Origin: a virus
Length of the DNA: 64,000 nt
Direction: 5' to 3' (one strand)
IMG/VR virus record: IMGVR_UViG_3300045988_175246
The translations under genes were made by a program, and so were the position numbers. The first letter of the stretch is position 1; each line of letters starts with the position of its first letter. Below the pieces are notes generated by a model. It was not told where the DNA came from, did no database searches, and saw only the letters and a list, made by a program, of their open reading frames with translations. Below, one piece after another: positions 9,657 through 19,378 of the stretch.

Positions 9657-11054
9657 ATGCCAACAACATTGATAATCGTCGCGGCAGTGGCGATACTCAT
9701 CATCCTGCTCGCAACCGCAAGCTACAAGGTCTGCCCCGCCGACCGAGTCATGGTCATCACCGGGCCGGGTGGACGACGCTTCGTCTCCGGCGGAAGCGCG
9801 TTCATCATACCCTTCATCATGCGCGTGGACTGACTCTCCCTCGGAGCGGTGCAGTCGCTCCTGAGAACCGACACGCCGATTCCGACGAAGGACGCAATCC
9901 TCATCGACGTGAACGCCGTCGCCAACTTCCAAATCGCATCCGAGACCATGACCGTGGATGAGAACGGTAAACAGGTGAAGGCATTAGAAAACGCCGCCAA
10001 GAACTATCTGAACCAGTCAAAGGAGCGCATGGAGAAGGACGTGACCCAAGTGCTCCTAGGCAAGCTGCGCGAGGTCATCGGCAGGACCGAGTTGAAGGCA
10101 CTCATGGAGAACAGGGACACGTTCGCCGCGACCGTGGCCGAATCCGCCCGCGTGGACATGGAACGGCTTGGCCTTCAATTGACCACGTTCAACATTCAAG
10201 ACTTCACCGACCGTCAGAACGTCATCGCCAACATGGGCGCTGAAATGGCCGCCGAAATCAGCCGGAATGCGAAGCTCGCGTCCATCAACGCGGAACAGGA
10301 CGTGGCCGTCCGTCAGAACCAGCTCGACCTGAAACGAGCCGAACTCCAATCCATCTCCGACAAGGCGCAGGCCGAGGCCGACGCGGTGAAGGGCATCACC
10401 GCCGCCGAACAGTCCAAGACTCTCAAGGTCAAGGAGCAGGAGGCGGAAATCGCCGCCGCCGAAAAGAAGGCAGTCCTCGAACAGAAGAACGCCGAAATCG
10501 AAGAGCAGAAACTGAACGCGACCATCCGCAAGAAGGCCGACGCCGACAGATACGCCGCCGAACAGCAGGCCGACGCGCAAGTGTACACGACCCGCAAGCA
10601 TGCGGATGCGGAACTGTATCTACGCCAGCAGGAGGCTCAGGCCACCCAATCCACCGCCGACGCGGACGCGCACGCGACCGAAGTCAAAGGCAAGGCCGAG
10701 GGTTCCGCCGCACAGGCCAAGGGTGTAGGCGAAGCCGAGGCAATCCGCGCCCAAGGCCGAGCCTACAATGCGATGAACAACACGTACATCCTCGCCCAAC
10801 AGTACATTCAGATTCTCCCCGACATGGTTCGAGCCGCCGCCGAACCGCTCACCAAGGTTGACCACATCACCATGTATGGCGACGGAAACAGCACGAAGCT
10901 CGTGGGCGACACGGTGAACAGTGTGAGCCAGTTGAGCGAAGGCTTGTCGCAATCCTTGGGCATCGATTTGAAAGCGTTGCTGAACAGTATGGTGTCCGGT
11001 CATGCCGCCGGTTCCGCACTAAGTGGGAAAGGTTCCGAACAGTCCGGAAACTAA
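9657..11054 (+). pseudogene. flotillin/band-7 (SPFH) family gene interrupted by a single in-frame TGA at 9831-9833
   Basis: 9657..9830 encodes the TM helix + YKVCPADRVMVITGPGGRRFVSGGSAFIIPFIMRVD; after TGA the same frame continues LSLGAVQSLLRTDTPIPTKDAILIDVNAVANFQI... through the coiled-coil flotillin body (ORF 9849..11054 in the same frame). Confidence 0.7.
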
Positions 11055-11072
11055 CCTGTTCAGGGACATGTT

Positions 11073-11108
11073 GGAGGGTAGGGGAAGCCATGCCCTCCTT
11101 ATTTTTAA
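11073..11108 (+). terminator. rho-independent terminator after flotillin gene
   Basis: GGAGGG-tagggga agccatg-CCCTCC followed by TTATTTTT. Confidence 0.5.
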
Positions 11109-11233
11109 GGGCTGAAAGCGTTCTTTCAAGGTTTTTAATGAGGGTGCGTGCGGTATATTAGGAATGTAATCCGATATTGACCCCGTTCGATGAATGAACG
11201 CGCGCCGGGTCTAGTAAGGAAAGGAAAACAAAG

Positions 11234-12937
11234 GTGAAAACCAAAAACCTGTTGAAGGCAACGGTCGCCACGCTTGTGGCCGGTGCCATGGGTTTGGCTG
11301 GAGTCGGCTCCGCCATGGCGGCTGATACTCGTGTTGACGAGTCCAAGCTTGGTGATGGTGCGGCTGCTCGTCAGACGTTGACCGTCGCTGCTAATGGTGA
11401 TATTAGCAATCGCACGTTGAAGGCTGTGCCGCTCGCCTACTATTCGTATGCGCAGACTGATGGCACTAATATTACCGGCTTTGACCTGATTGACGCGGGC
11501 AAGGCTTCTGCTATTGCTGACGCACTGACGAAAGCCCATATTGACACCCAGTCCAAGAAAGACCAGACTGCCGGATACCGATATAATGCGTCCAATCCGA
11601 TGGTGTGGGTCGTGCAGAATCTCCTTGATTCCGAGAACAGTCCGTGGGCTGGCAAGCTTCGTGACTTCATCGACCAGTTGAAGAACGAGGACGCCGTCAC
11701 CGGCGACAAGGGCACCGCGTTCGCCAAGGGCGCCGACGCCAAGCATATGACCGCATCCGTCCGTCCGGGCGTGTATGCGGTCGTGGACGCCACCAAGACC
11801 GGTCAGGCGTCCATCGTCATGTTCAACGGCACCGGCATCGACGGCAAGACCACGTTGAAGAACGGTGAAAAGACCTACACGCTGGGCACCGTGGACTATA
11901 AGGTGCATGACGCTGAAGTGACCAAGGGTATTACCGGTGTTGAGGATGGTGCTACGGATGAGAAAATCAGTAGGGAGAAGGAATACGCGGTAGCCAAGAC
12001 CTCCATCGGCAAGAAGGTCTCTTTCAAGATGACCAGCAAGGTGCCTGTTTGGACTGGCTACGACCACTACTATTATGCGCTCAACGATACGTATACTAAT
12101 GGCCTGACTTTCAACCCGGATAGTGTGAAGGTCACTGTCGGCGGTAAGGCTTTGACTGCTGGCAAGGATTACAAGGTGACGACCGAGACGGGCAAGTTCC
12201 ATATCCTGTTCGCCCCGACCGCTGACAATTCTTCCGACATCATCGCCGCCAAGACCACGTTCCCGGTCGGTACGCCCGTGCTTGTCACTTATGACATGAC
12301 CGTGAACAAGAACGCCCACGTGGACGGTGTTGACACCAACACGAGCGAAGTCGAATACTCCCACAATCCGAACAACGTCACCGACCATCAGAAGACTCCG
12401 GGCGACACCACTTACGTGTACGTCGGCAAGTTCACTCTGACCAAGACCGATACGAACAACGCTCCGCTCGCGGGTGCCATGTTCCACATCAAGGACGCCA
12501 AGAACAATATCGTCAAGTTCGTCAAGGTGAATGATAACGAGTATCGTGTCGCCGACTCGACTGAGGCCGCTACCGCAAGCGCCGACATCACCACCACCGA
12601 TAAGAACCATGGCGTCATCACCTTGAAGGGCCTGTACGGTGACTACACGGTGACCGAAACCAAGAGTCCGTTCGGTGGCAGCATTCTGCCGGAGTTCACT
12701 CTGACCGTTGGCGTGGCCCAGTCCCAAGACCATAACACCAGCACTTCGTCCCTCACCGCATTCGGACAAGATTCGAACAAGCTGGCCTCCAAGAGCAGTG
12801 ACGATGGAGTGACCGTCATCAACGCCCGCAACATCGCTGACATGCCGAAGACCGGTGCGGTCTGGCTGTCCATCTTCGGCGTGATGACCGTCCTGTTGGC
12901 TGGCGCTTCCGCCCTGCTGCTTCGTCGCAAGGCGTGA
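11234..12937 (+). CDS. sortase-dependent pilin / LPXTG-type surface protein (sorting motif MPKTG)
   Basis: Signal peptide MKTKNLLKATVATLVAGAMGLAGVGSAMAAD; E-box-like YTVTETKSPFGG; C-terminal MPKTG + hydrophobic helix + RRKA tail; GTG start. Confidence 0.8.
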   Translation: MKTKNLLKATVATLVAGAMGLAGVGSAMAADTRVDESKLGDGAAARQTLTVAANGDISNRTLKAVPLAYYSYAQTDGTNITGFDLIDAGKASAIADALTKAHIDTQSKKDQTAGYRYNASNPMVWVVQNLLDSENSPWAGKLRDFIDQLKNEDAVTGDKGTAFAKGADAKHMTASVRPGVYAVVDATKTGQASIVMFNGTGIDGKTTLKNGEKTYTLGTVDYKVHDAEVTKGITGVEDGATDEKISREKEYAVAKTSIGKKVSFKMTSKVPVWTGYDHYYYALNDTYTNGLTFNPDSVKVTVGGKALTAGKDYKVTTETGKFHILFAPTADNSSDIIAAKTTFPVGTPVLVTYDMTVNKNAHVDGVDTNTSEVEYSHNPNNVTDHQKTPGDTTYVYVGKFTLTKTDTNNAPLAGAMFHIKDAKNNIVKFVKVNDNEYRVADSTEAATASADITTTDKNHGVITLKGLYGDYTVTETKSPFGGSILPEFTLTVGVAQSQDHNTSTSSLTAFGQDSNKLASKSSDDGVTVINARNIADMPKTGAVWLSIFGVMTVLLAGASALLLRRKA

Positions 12938-13071
12938 GATTGGAGATTGGAATACTGCCGTATGAGAAAACTTTTCTGACCGTTTGACGGTTGGAAAAGC
13001 ATGAAATGTTCCGCTTGGCGTGTCGGGAACCCAAATATCGACACGCCACCTTTTAGATTCTTTATAACCGC

Positions 13072-13977
13072 ATGGGAGGGGTTTTGGGAAAACATACGGC
13101 GAAACCGAAAGGCTTGGGAAATCGAGCCATAGCGGGACTTCTCTGCCTAATCCTATCCGCCCTGTCCGGAACCATCCCATTCATTCTCATGATTTCGAAC
13201 AGCAGCCAATCCAACCGGTTGACCGACTCTCACGCGCAAGCCGTGGGAAACACTGACGTGAAACGAATCGCCCAAGAGTATGCGGACGCGCAAGCCTACA
13301 ATCAACGCCTATACGAGGAAGGCCAGCCTATTCTTGGTGAGGCGGAAGACCCTTGGACGGGCGTCAACAAGTCCGAATCGGACAACACGTATCGGAAGCA
13401 ACTATCCACCCCCAAGGATGGGGTCATGGCTACCATCAAATATCCACGCTTGGGCATCAACCTGCCCATCCGGCATGGCACGTCGCAAAACGTGTTGGCC
13501 GCTGGAGCCGGACACTTATATGGTTCCAGTCTCCCCGTCGGTGGCAAGAACACGCATACTGTCATATCCGCGCACACGGGTTTGGCCGACCAGCTCATGT
13601 TCGACAAGCTGCGAGGCTTCGGCAGTGAAGCCAAAAAGGGAGACGTCTTCTATCTGATAACCGCCGGACATATGCTCGCCTACAAGGTCACGGATATTAG
13701 CGTGGTAGACCCATCCGATTTCACCAAACTGAAAATCGTCGCCGGAAAAGACCTCGCCACACTTCTAACCTGCACGCCATACGGCATCAACAACAAGCGG
13801 CTCCTAGTGACCGGCACGCGCACCAGCATGCCGCACCCTGCACCCAGACCCGAAAACGCGCCGAAAGACCACACGAACCAATGGCTCATGCTGTACGTCG
13901 GCGGATTCTGGCTTGCGGTAATCATCATCACCATTCTCATCATCCGTAGAAAAAACCACGCAAAGAAGGAACACTAA
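13072..13977 (+). CDS. srtC: class C (pilus-associated) sortase
   Basis: N-terminal TM, VISAHTG histidine motif, TLLTCTPYG cysteine motif, C-terminal TM lid; stop overlaps start of next gene (TAATGA). Confidence 0.85.
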   Translation: MGGVLGKHTAKPKGLGNRAIAGLLCLILSALSGTIPFILMISNSSQSNRLTDSHAQAVGNTDVKRIAQEYADAQAYNQRLYEEGQPILGEAEDPWTGVNKSESDNTYRKQLSTPKDGVMATIKYPRLGINLPIRHGTSQNVLAAGAGHLYGSSLPVGGKNTHTVISAHTGLADQLMFDKLRGFGSEAKKGDVFYLITAGHMLAYKVTDISVVDPSDFTKLKIVAGKDLATLLTCTPYGINNKRLLVTGTRTSMPHPAPRPENAPKDHTNQWLMLYVGGFWLAVIIITILIIRRKNHAKKEH

Positions 13978-16900
13978 TGAGTATTCTCAAAAAGCATGTG
14001 GCACATCCGGTAGCATTATTGGCCGCAATCGCCACACTGGCATCCGGCCTGACATGCATGACCAATTCGGTAGCCTCTCCGAAAGCGCATGCGGACGAGT
14101 TGAAGCCCGCATATGCTACTGCGAAAATCGTTAAGAAAGCCGACGGTACGGGGCATGGCACGAGTTCGCAAACGTTCGTGAATTCGAAGAACGGGTTCGC
14201 CACGGGCGATGATTCCCCTACCGATGGCGTGGTCGCATCCGGTGATACGGTCGAATATTCTCTCACGTTGAACTTCAACGCGGCGGGCAAGCGTACCATC
14301 AACGTGAAGTTCGACTTGGATGACGCGCCGTATTTGCAGACTGCTGACGGTGGTGGCTTCTGCCAGCCGGGACAACTCGTCACCGCGAAGAAAAACAGTG
14401 ACGGCTCCTGCTCCTACACGGTTCCAGCCGGTGGCGTGGAAACCATGACCCAAACCTTCTATCTGAAAGCAAAAGACACGGGAGGCTTGGTCAAGCCGGG
14501 TCAGATTCCGAAAATCGTCGTCGCCCGCGAAGGTGGAACGTCAACCACGTATCGTACGGATGAGCTGACTGTAGTATCCGCTCCGGCGGCTGACTTGGTC
14601 ATTGACAATGGTGGCAATCCGGTGAAAGGTCAATACTCGTATGAGCATCGTACTTATTGGAGTCAGAACACCGATGCGACCGGCGATTTCACTATTCGTG
14701 CCGACGCGTTGACCTATCCGGGTTATTCGTCCACGAAGGGCGCGTCCACCAGCATCGATTGGACTACCAAAGTGGATATTTCCGACTTCCCGCAGGGCAC
14801 CGTGTGGACTGTAGGCGGTCAGCGGATTACCCGTAACAGTGATAAAGAACAGTATCTGACCGTATCCAGTGGCAAGAACGGTGCGGCGGTGACAATCAGC
14901 TACAGGATTCCCGCCGGAACCGACGCGCTCAAAAACATGAAAGAAGGAGACGTCAAATATTACGATGTCCACCTTGTTCCCGACGAAACCGTGTTCAGCG
15001 TCAAAGACGATAACGGCGACGCACTGTTGAACATGGGCAAAGGTGGAGAACCCGGCTGGAACATTGGACGGGACAAGAGCACCTACAACAAGGATACGGG
15101 TGCCCGCGTCGGCTACCCGTATGCGAACAATGACTGGTCACGAGCCATCATCCAACGGCTCAAGCCGACTCCAGCTGGCAAGATTCCACTGTTCGGCAAA
15201 GGACTGCAACGGCCTAACACTGCGTCCAAGACCATGTTCGACAAGGAGAATCTGACGTTCGACGCCGCCGAAGGCAAAGCCGACATCTACCATTACTATT
15301 CCGACGGTTCCGGCGACACCGTGTCCCGTGGAACGCAAGTCAAAACCATTTTGGAAATGTATGCGGCGAACGTTACGGCGGACAAGCTTAAAAACACTAC
15401 GCCGACCATGCAGGACGAGTGGGATAATACGCGCATGCGGTGGGATGGAAGCTTGGAAGTCACCCAGAACGGCGCTCCGGTTTCCGACTACAAAGTTCAA
15501 TGGGCTGATAGCAAAGACAATTGGCATGACGGGGAACCATCCGACACGGACGCTCCGAACGTCAAGAAGATTCGGGTGACGTTCAACCCCGACACTTTGA
15601 CTTTGGGAAAGGATGCGCCGAACGTTCAGGTCACGTTCAACACGCTCGCCATAGCCGACGTGTCCAAAGGCAATGTGGAAGCTTTGGATACGCTGACCGC
15701 ATGGCTTACCGAAGACGATAAGGCAAGCGTCACCAATTGGGTGTGGATTGCCAAGCCGGTAGACCCGACCACCAGTATCGACATCAGTCTGAAAGCCTAC
15801 GATGGTGAAGGCAATCAAGTGTATGCGAACAACAGTTCCAATCACCCGTCCGGAAGCGCAGTCGATTTGACTCCCGGCATGCGAGTGGATTATACGGTCA
15901 CGGAACAGTTGCGCACCATTCTCCTGTCCAATACAAGCATGACGCCGACCATCACGGTGCCGAAACCGAAAGGCTTGTACAATCCGACCTGTGATGATTC
16001 GTTCTGGCAGATGAAAGTGGACGGGAATAATCTCGTGTTCACGCCACGTTCCGGCAAAGTCACGCCGGAAGTAGACCGTATAGGGTCGGCCACTTTGCCT
16101 GACCTGCATTTCAGTGGCATCGTATCCAATCTCGCCACCGGGACTGTGACCGCCAGTGCGAATATGAGCGTGGACGTTGACGAGAACGGCGCATTGCAAG
16201 CCCAAACCATCAAAAGCAATACGCCCAGCGTCCCATTCCCTGTCTCCAATGCGGAAACCAACAGTGGCATCATGCGTGTGAAGACCACGAAGGCTGAAAT
16301 CAGTGACCCGCTTACTTGGGAGTTCAACGTGTACGGCAAGGGCGACGGCCATACCGGCACCATGGATAGCATGCTACTGCTTCCTGCGAATGGTGATGAG
16401 AAGTACGTGCAGGACAAGCTGGTCGAATATGAGCGTGGATACAGCAACTATCATGGCTCCTACGAACTGACCCAGCCCGTCACGGTCAATATGGACAATT
16501 CGACCAGTACGACCGTCTACTATTCAACCACCACCGGAAAGAAGTCGGATAATCCGGCTGACTACGAGTGGAAGACATGGGATGAATTGTCCGCCACCGA
16601 GAAGAAGAACATCACCGCCATCCGACTGACCAGCACTGTCGTCGCGTCCGACGATAAACTGTCCTATTCGGCGGTGAACGGCACCATCACGCTCACCCCA
16701 TCCGACAATGTGAAAGACGACAAGTACACGCTGTGGCTTGGTCGCAACTATTATTCCGACGCTTCCGACAAACCGGCGGGCAACCAGCCGTGGCCTGACG
16801 TGGCGAAGGTAGTGGCCGGTAGTATCAGCGGTACCGTCTGGTGGGATAAGGATGAGAACACGCTCATCGGAGACGGTGAGGAGCACATCGAAGGAGTGGA

Positions 16901-19367
16901 AGTCACCCTCGGCAAGCAGGATTCAAGCGGAGGCTGGCAGACCGTCAAAACGGTGAAGACTGACAAGGACGGCCATTACGAGTTCGACCTGCTCCACTCC
17001 GGCACCTACCGCACTTCGGTGAAACGCAACACTGGCACCAGTACGGGTGATGGCGTGCAGACGCAGGTCAAAACCTACTACAACAAGCTGGAAGACGTGG
17101 TGAACACGCGCAGCTGGTCGGACAAAATCAAGTCCAACGCGAAAGACACGTCCGACGACATCCACCTAGGCATCGGCGCAGACCAGAAGAACGTGGATTA
17201 CGGTTACGCGAAACCAGACCCGAAAGCCACCGTGGACAAAACCGTCACCGGCACCAGTTGCACTGATACGAAATGCGTTATCAACTGGGATGTCAAAGTA
17301 CAGAATTCTGGCACTAGTCGTTTTGACACGTCCAGTGTCGTTTCTGACCGTATGAGCGCTGATGTGCATGATGTTTCCGCTACCGCCGGTACGGTTTCCA
17401 TCGAGTCTGGTGGCGCGAAGCAGGTTGCGACGAGTGGCGACCATAAGTTTGTGTTGACGAGTGAGGGCTTGTTGTATGCGTGGGGTAACAACCAGTATGG
17501 TCAATTGGGTTTCAAGCCTGACTCCACGAACACGAGTACTCCGGTGAACGTGAACAAGCCGACCATCATCAACGGTAGTTGGCTGAAAGTCGCCGCCGGA
17601 GGCAAGCATTCCGCCGCCATCAGCACGGACGGACACTTGTATACGACTGGTTGGAATGGTAGCGGCCAATTGGGTACGGGTGATACGGATAATCGTGACC
17701 AGTGGACTCTAGTCGCAGAAGATAAGACGTTTGTTGACGTGGCGTGCGGCAACCAGTTCACTGTGGCGATAGCAAGTGACGGCACCTTGTGGGTGGTCGG
17801 AAAAGTCAGTTCCACCTCGTATTCAACGTGGACGCAAATCCAGTCGGGTAAGACGTTCACGCAGGTCAGCGCCAGCACGTACAGGTGGGTCGCGTTGACG
17901 TCCTACGGCGGTTGTGTGGTGGACGGCGACGAGTTTTTCTCTATTGGTTTCACGCAAGTTGTCGCCTCATTCGGCAACGCCTACGGGTTGACTGACGCGG
18001 GTACAGTGATAGTGCTCGTCGGCGGAGGTGATAGCGGTATCGACCAGTCCAATGTGTCTAATCTGAGGTACATCACCCGTATCGGTGGCGGATACAACAC
18101 TTTCTACGCCATCGACAAGAACCAACACTTGTGGGCGGCTGGCTGGAATGGTGACGGCCAATTAGCGAACGGTAAGACCGGTACAGGCAGGTATTGGACC
18201 AACGGCAGTACGAGCGGCAACGCGGATATTGTTTCCACGCCAATCGATACGGGCATTACCGCATCCGACGTTGCGGGCGGCGACCGTGACGTGCTCATTG
18301 TCGGCAAGCAGGTCATGATTGCGGGCTTCGACCCGTATGGTGACGGCAAGACGGGTGGCGCACGTTCCACCGGTTTGAAGGGAATGGTCGTATCGTCCGA
18401 CCCGACCGCCGTACCGGTCGAACCGTTGAGCGAGTCCACGGAGAAGGGGTTGACGACCCGCACGTACAATCTGCCGTATGCGATTGAGTCGGGCGGCTAT
18501 GTCATCTACCATTTCACTGGCACCGTTGACCGTGAAACTGCGGATACTACCAAGTGGTCTCCAACTGAGAAAGACGAGTGGGTCAAGAAGAATACGAAGA
18601 CCATTCTCAACCAAGCATGGTTCACCTCCGAACACACGCCATACTCAGGCACGCCACATGCAAGCGGCAAAACCAAGCCGGACCCTCCGAACGCATCCAA
18701 ACTGGATACGAACACGAATGACGTGACCGGCAATCCGACATGCCGCACCGACACCGACTATACGGAGGAAGGACACCAACACTGGTTCAGCACCAGCGAC
18801 GAAGACTCCTGCGACCAAGTCGGCACCATCATCACACCAACCACCAGCGCGAAGAAACTCGGCACCATCAGCGGCCTGTATTGGGAGGACACGGACAAGG
18901 ACGGTATTCGAAGCGACAACGAGTCGAACCGGTTCGCCAACCAGACCGTAATCCTGTACGACAAGAACGGCAAGCAGGTGGCATCCACCAAGACCGACAA
19001 GGACGGCAAGTACAAGTTCGAACACTTGGACGCGGACGGCGACCAGTACACCATCCAATTCAGCCGCGTCGCCCACCAAGAGTTCACCAAGCCGGATGCG
19101 AACGACATGGACATTCCGAATGACGCGAGTTCCACCGACTCCGACGCGAACACGAGCGACGACAAGTACGGTGAATCCACGTTCACCATCATCCTCACAC
19201 AGGATAAGCCGGACAAGGAGAATGTGGACGCGGGCGTCCTACCAGAAACATGGATGATGAGCATGCCCCACACCGGCATGGGCTTACTGTTGCCAATCCT
19301 CATACTCGTCAGCATTCTGGGACTCGTCACCGCAATCATCCTGTTGAGAAAGGAAGACCGTAAGTGA
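13977..19367 (+). CDS. large cell-wall-anchored adhesin (1796 aa) with RCC1-like beta-propeller repeats and Cna-B/SdrD-like domains; sorting motif MPHTG
   Basis: Signal peptide; RCC1-type repeats (LYAWGNNQYGQLG, HLYTTGWNGSGQLGTG, HLWAAGWNGDGQLANG) at ~17.4-18.2 kb; Cna-B-like GTVWWDKDENTLIGDGEEHIEGVEVTL and GLYWEDTDKDGIRSDNESNRFANQTVILYDKNGK; C-terminal MPHTG + TM + RKEDRK. Confidence 0.8.
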   Translation: MSILKKHVAHPVALLAAIATLASGLTCMTNSVASPKAHADELKPAYATAKIVKKADGTGHGTSSQTFVNSKNGFATGDDSPTDGVVASGDTVEYSLTLNFNAAGKRTINVKFDLDDAPYLQTADGGGFCQPGQLVTAKKNSDGSCSYTVPAGGVETMTQTFYLKAKDTGGLVKPGQIPKIVVAREGGTSTTYRTDELTVVSAPAADLVIDNGGNPVKGQYSYEHRTYWSQNTDATGDFTIRADALTYPGYSSTKGASTSIDWTTKVDISDFPQGTVWTVGGQRITRNSDKEQYLTVSSGKNGAAVTISYRIPAGTDALKNMKEGDVKYYDVHLVPDETVFSVKDDNGDALLNMGKGGEPGWNIGRDKSTYNKDTGARVGYPYANNDWSRAIIQRLKPTPAGKIPLFGKGLQRPNTASKTMFDKENLTFDAAEGKADIYHYYSDGSGDTVSRGTQVKTILEMYAANVTADKLKNTTPTMQDEWDNTRMRWDGSLEVTQNGAPVSDYKVQWADSKDNWHDGEPSDTDAPNVKKIRVTFNPDTLTLGKDAPNVQVTFNTLAIADVSKGNVEALDTLTAWLTEDDKASVTNWVWIAKPVDPTTSIDISLKAYDGEGNQVYANNSSNHPSGSAVDLTPGMRVDYTVTEQLRTILLSNTSMTPTITVPKPKGLYNPTCDDSFWQMKVDGNNLVFTPRSGKVTPEVDRIGSATLPDLHFSGIVSNLATGTVTASANMSVDVDENGALQAQTIKSNTPSVPFPVSNAETNSGIMRVKTTKAEISDPLTWEFNVYGKGDGHTGTMDSMLLLPANGDEKYVQDKLVEYERGYSNYHGSYELTQPVTVNMDNSTSTTVYYSTTTGKKSDNPADYEWKTWDELSATEKKNITAIRLTSTVVASDDKLSYSAVNGTITLTPSDNVKDDKYTLWLGRNYYSDASDKPAGNQPWPDVAKVVAGSISGTVWWDKDENTLIGDGEEHIEGVEVTLGKQDSSGGWQTVKTVKTDKDGHYEFDLLHSGTYRTSVKRNTGTSTGDGVQTQVKTYYNKLEDVVNTRSWSDKIKSNAKDTSDDIHLGIGADQKNVDYGYAKPDPKATVDKTVTGTSCTDTKCVINWDVKVQNSGTSRFDTSSVVSDRMSADVHDVSATAGTVSIESGGAKQVATSGDHKFVLTSEGLLYAWGNNQYGQLGFKPDSTNTSTPVNVNKPTIINGSWLKVAAGGKHSAAISTDGHLYTTGWNGSGQLGTGDTDNRDQWTLVAEDKTFVDVACGNQFTVAIASDGTLWVVGKVSSTSYSTWTQIQSGKTFTQVSASTYRWVALTSYGGCVVDGDEFFSIGFTQVVASFGNAYGLTDAGTVIVLVGGGDSGIDQSNVSNLRYITRIGGGYNTFYAIDKNQHLWAAGWNGDGQLANGKTGTGRYWTNGSTSGNADIVSTPIDTGITASDVAGGDRDVLIVGKQVMIAGFDPYGDGKTGGARSTGLKGMVVSSDPTAVPVEPLSESTEKGLTTRTYNLPYAIESGGYVIYHFTGTVDRETADTTKWSPTEKDEWVKKNTKTILNQAWFTSEHTPYSGTPHASGKTKPDPPNASKLDTNTNDVTGNPTCRTDTDYTEEGHQHWFSTSDEDSCDQVGTIITPTTSAKKLGTISGLYWEDTDKDGIRSDNESNRFANQTVILYDKNGKQVASTKTDKDGKYKFEHLDADGDQYTIQFSRVAHQEFTKPDANDMDIPNDASSTDSDANTSDDKYGESTFTIILTQDKPDKENVDAGVLPETWMMSMPHTGMGLLLPILILVSILGLVTAIILLRKEDRK

Positions 19368-19378
19368 AAGGAACAAAA

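Noticed and set aside
9831-9833. Alternative genetic code (TGA as sense codon) to explain the flotillin in-frame TGA
   Set aside because: All other long genes in the window (up to 1796 aa) are intact under the standard code and use TGA as terminator (e.g. adhesin, sortase/adhesin TAATGA junction); a single nonsense change or error is more parsimonious.
10056-11003. Minus-strand ORFs (181, 94, 127 aa) across the flotillin gene
   Set aside because: Antisense of the A/E/Q-rich coiled-coil coding region; low-complexity G/L/R translations.
13013-13048. Pilin-downstream hairpin GGCGTGTCG-N13-CGACACGCC as an additional copy of the array promoter
   Set aside because: Shares the GGCGTGTCG block seen upstream of some array promoters but lacks the TATACTGG core; more likely a terminator/attenuator between the pilin and sortase genes.
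11135-13180. 681-aa minus-strand ORF antisense to the pilin gene
   Set aside because: G/V/D/R-rich composition typical of the antisense frame of a GC-rich gene; the plus-strand gene has signal peptide and sorting signal.
15138-16352. 404-aa minus-strand ORF inside the 1796-aa adhesin gene (also 18758..19708, 316 aa)
   Set aside because: Antisense artefacts of a long GC-rich CDS; no motifs.
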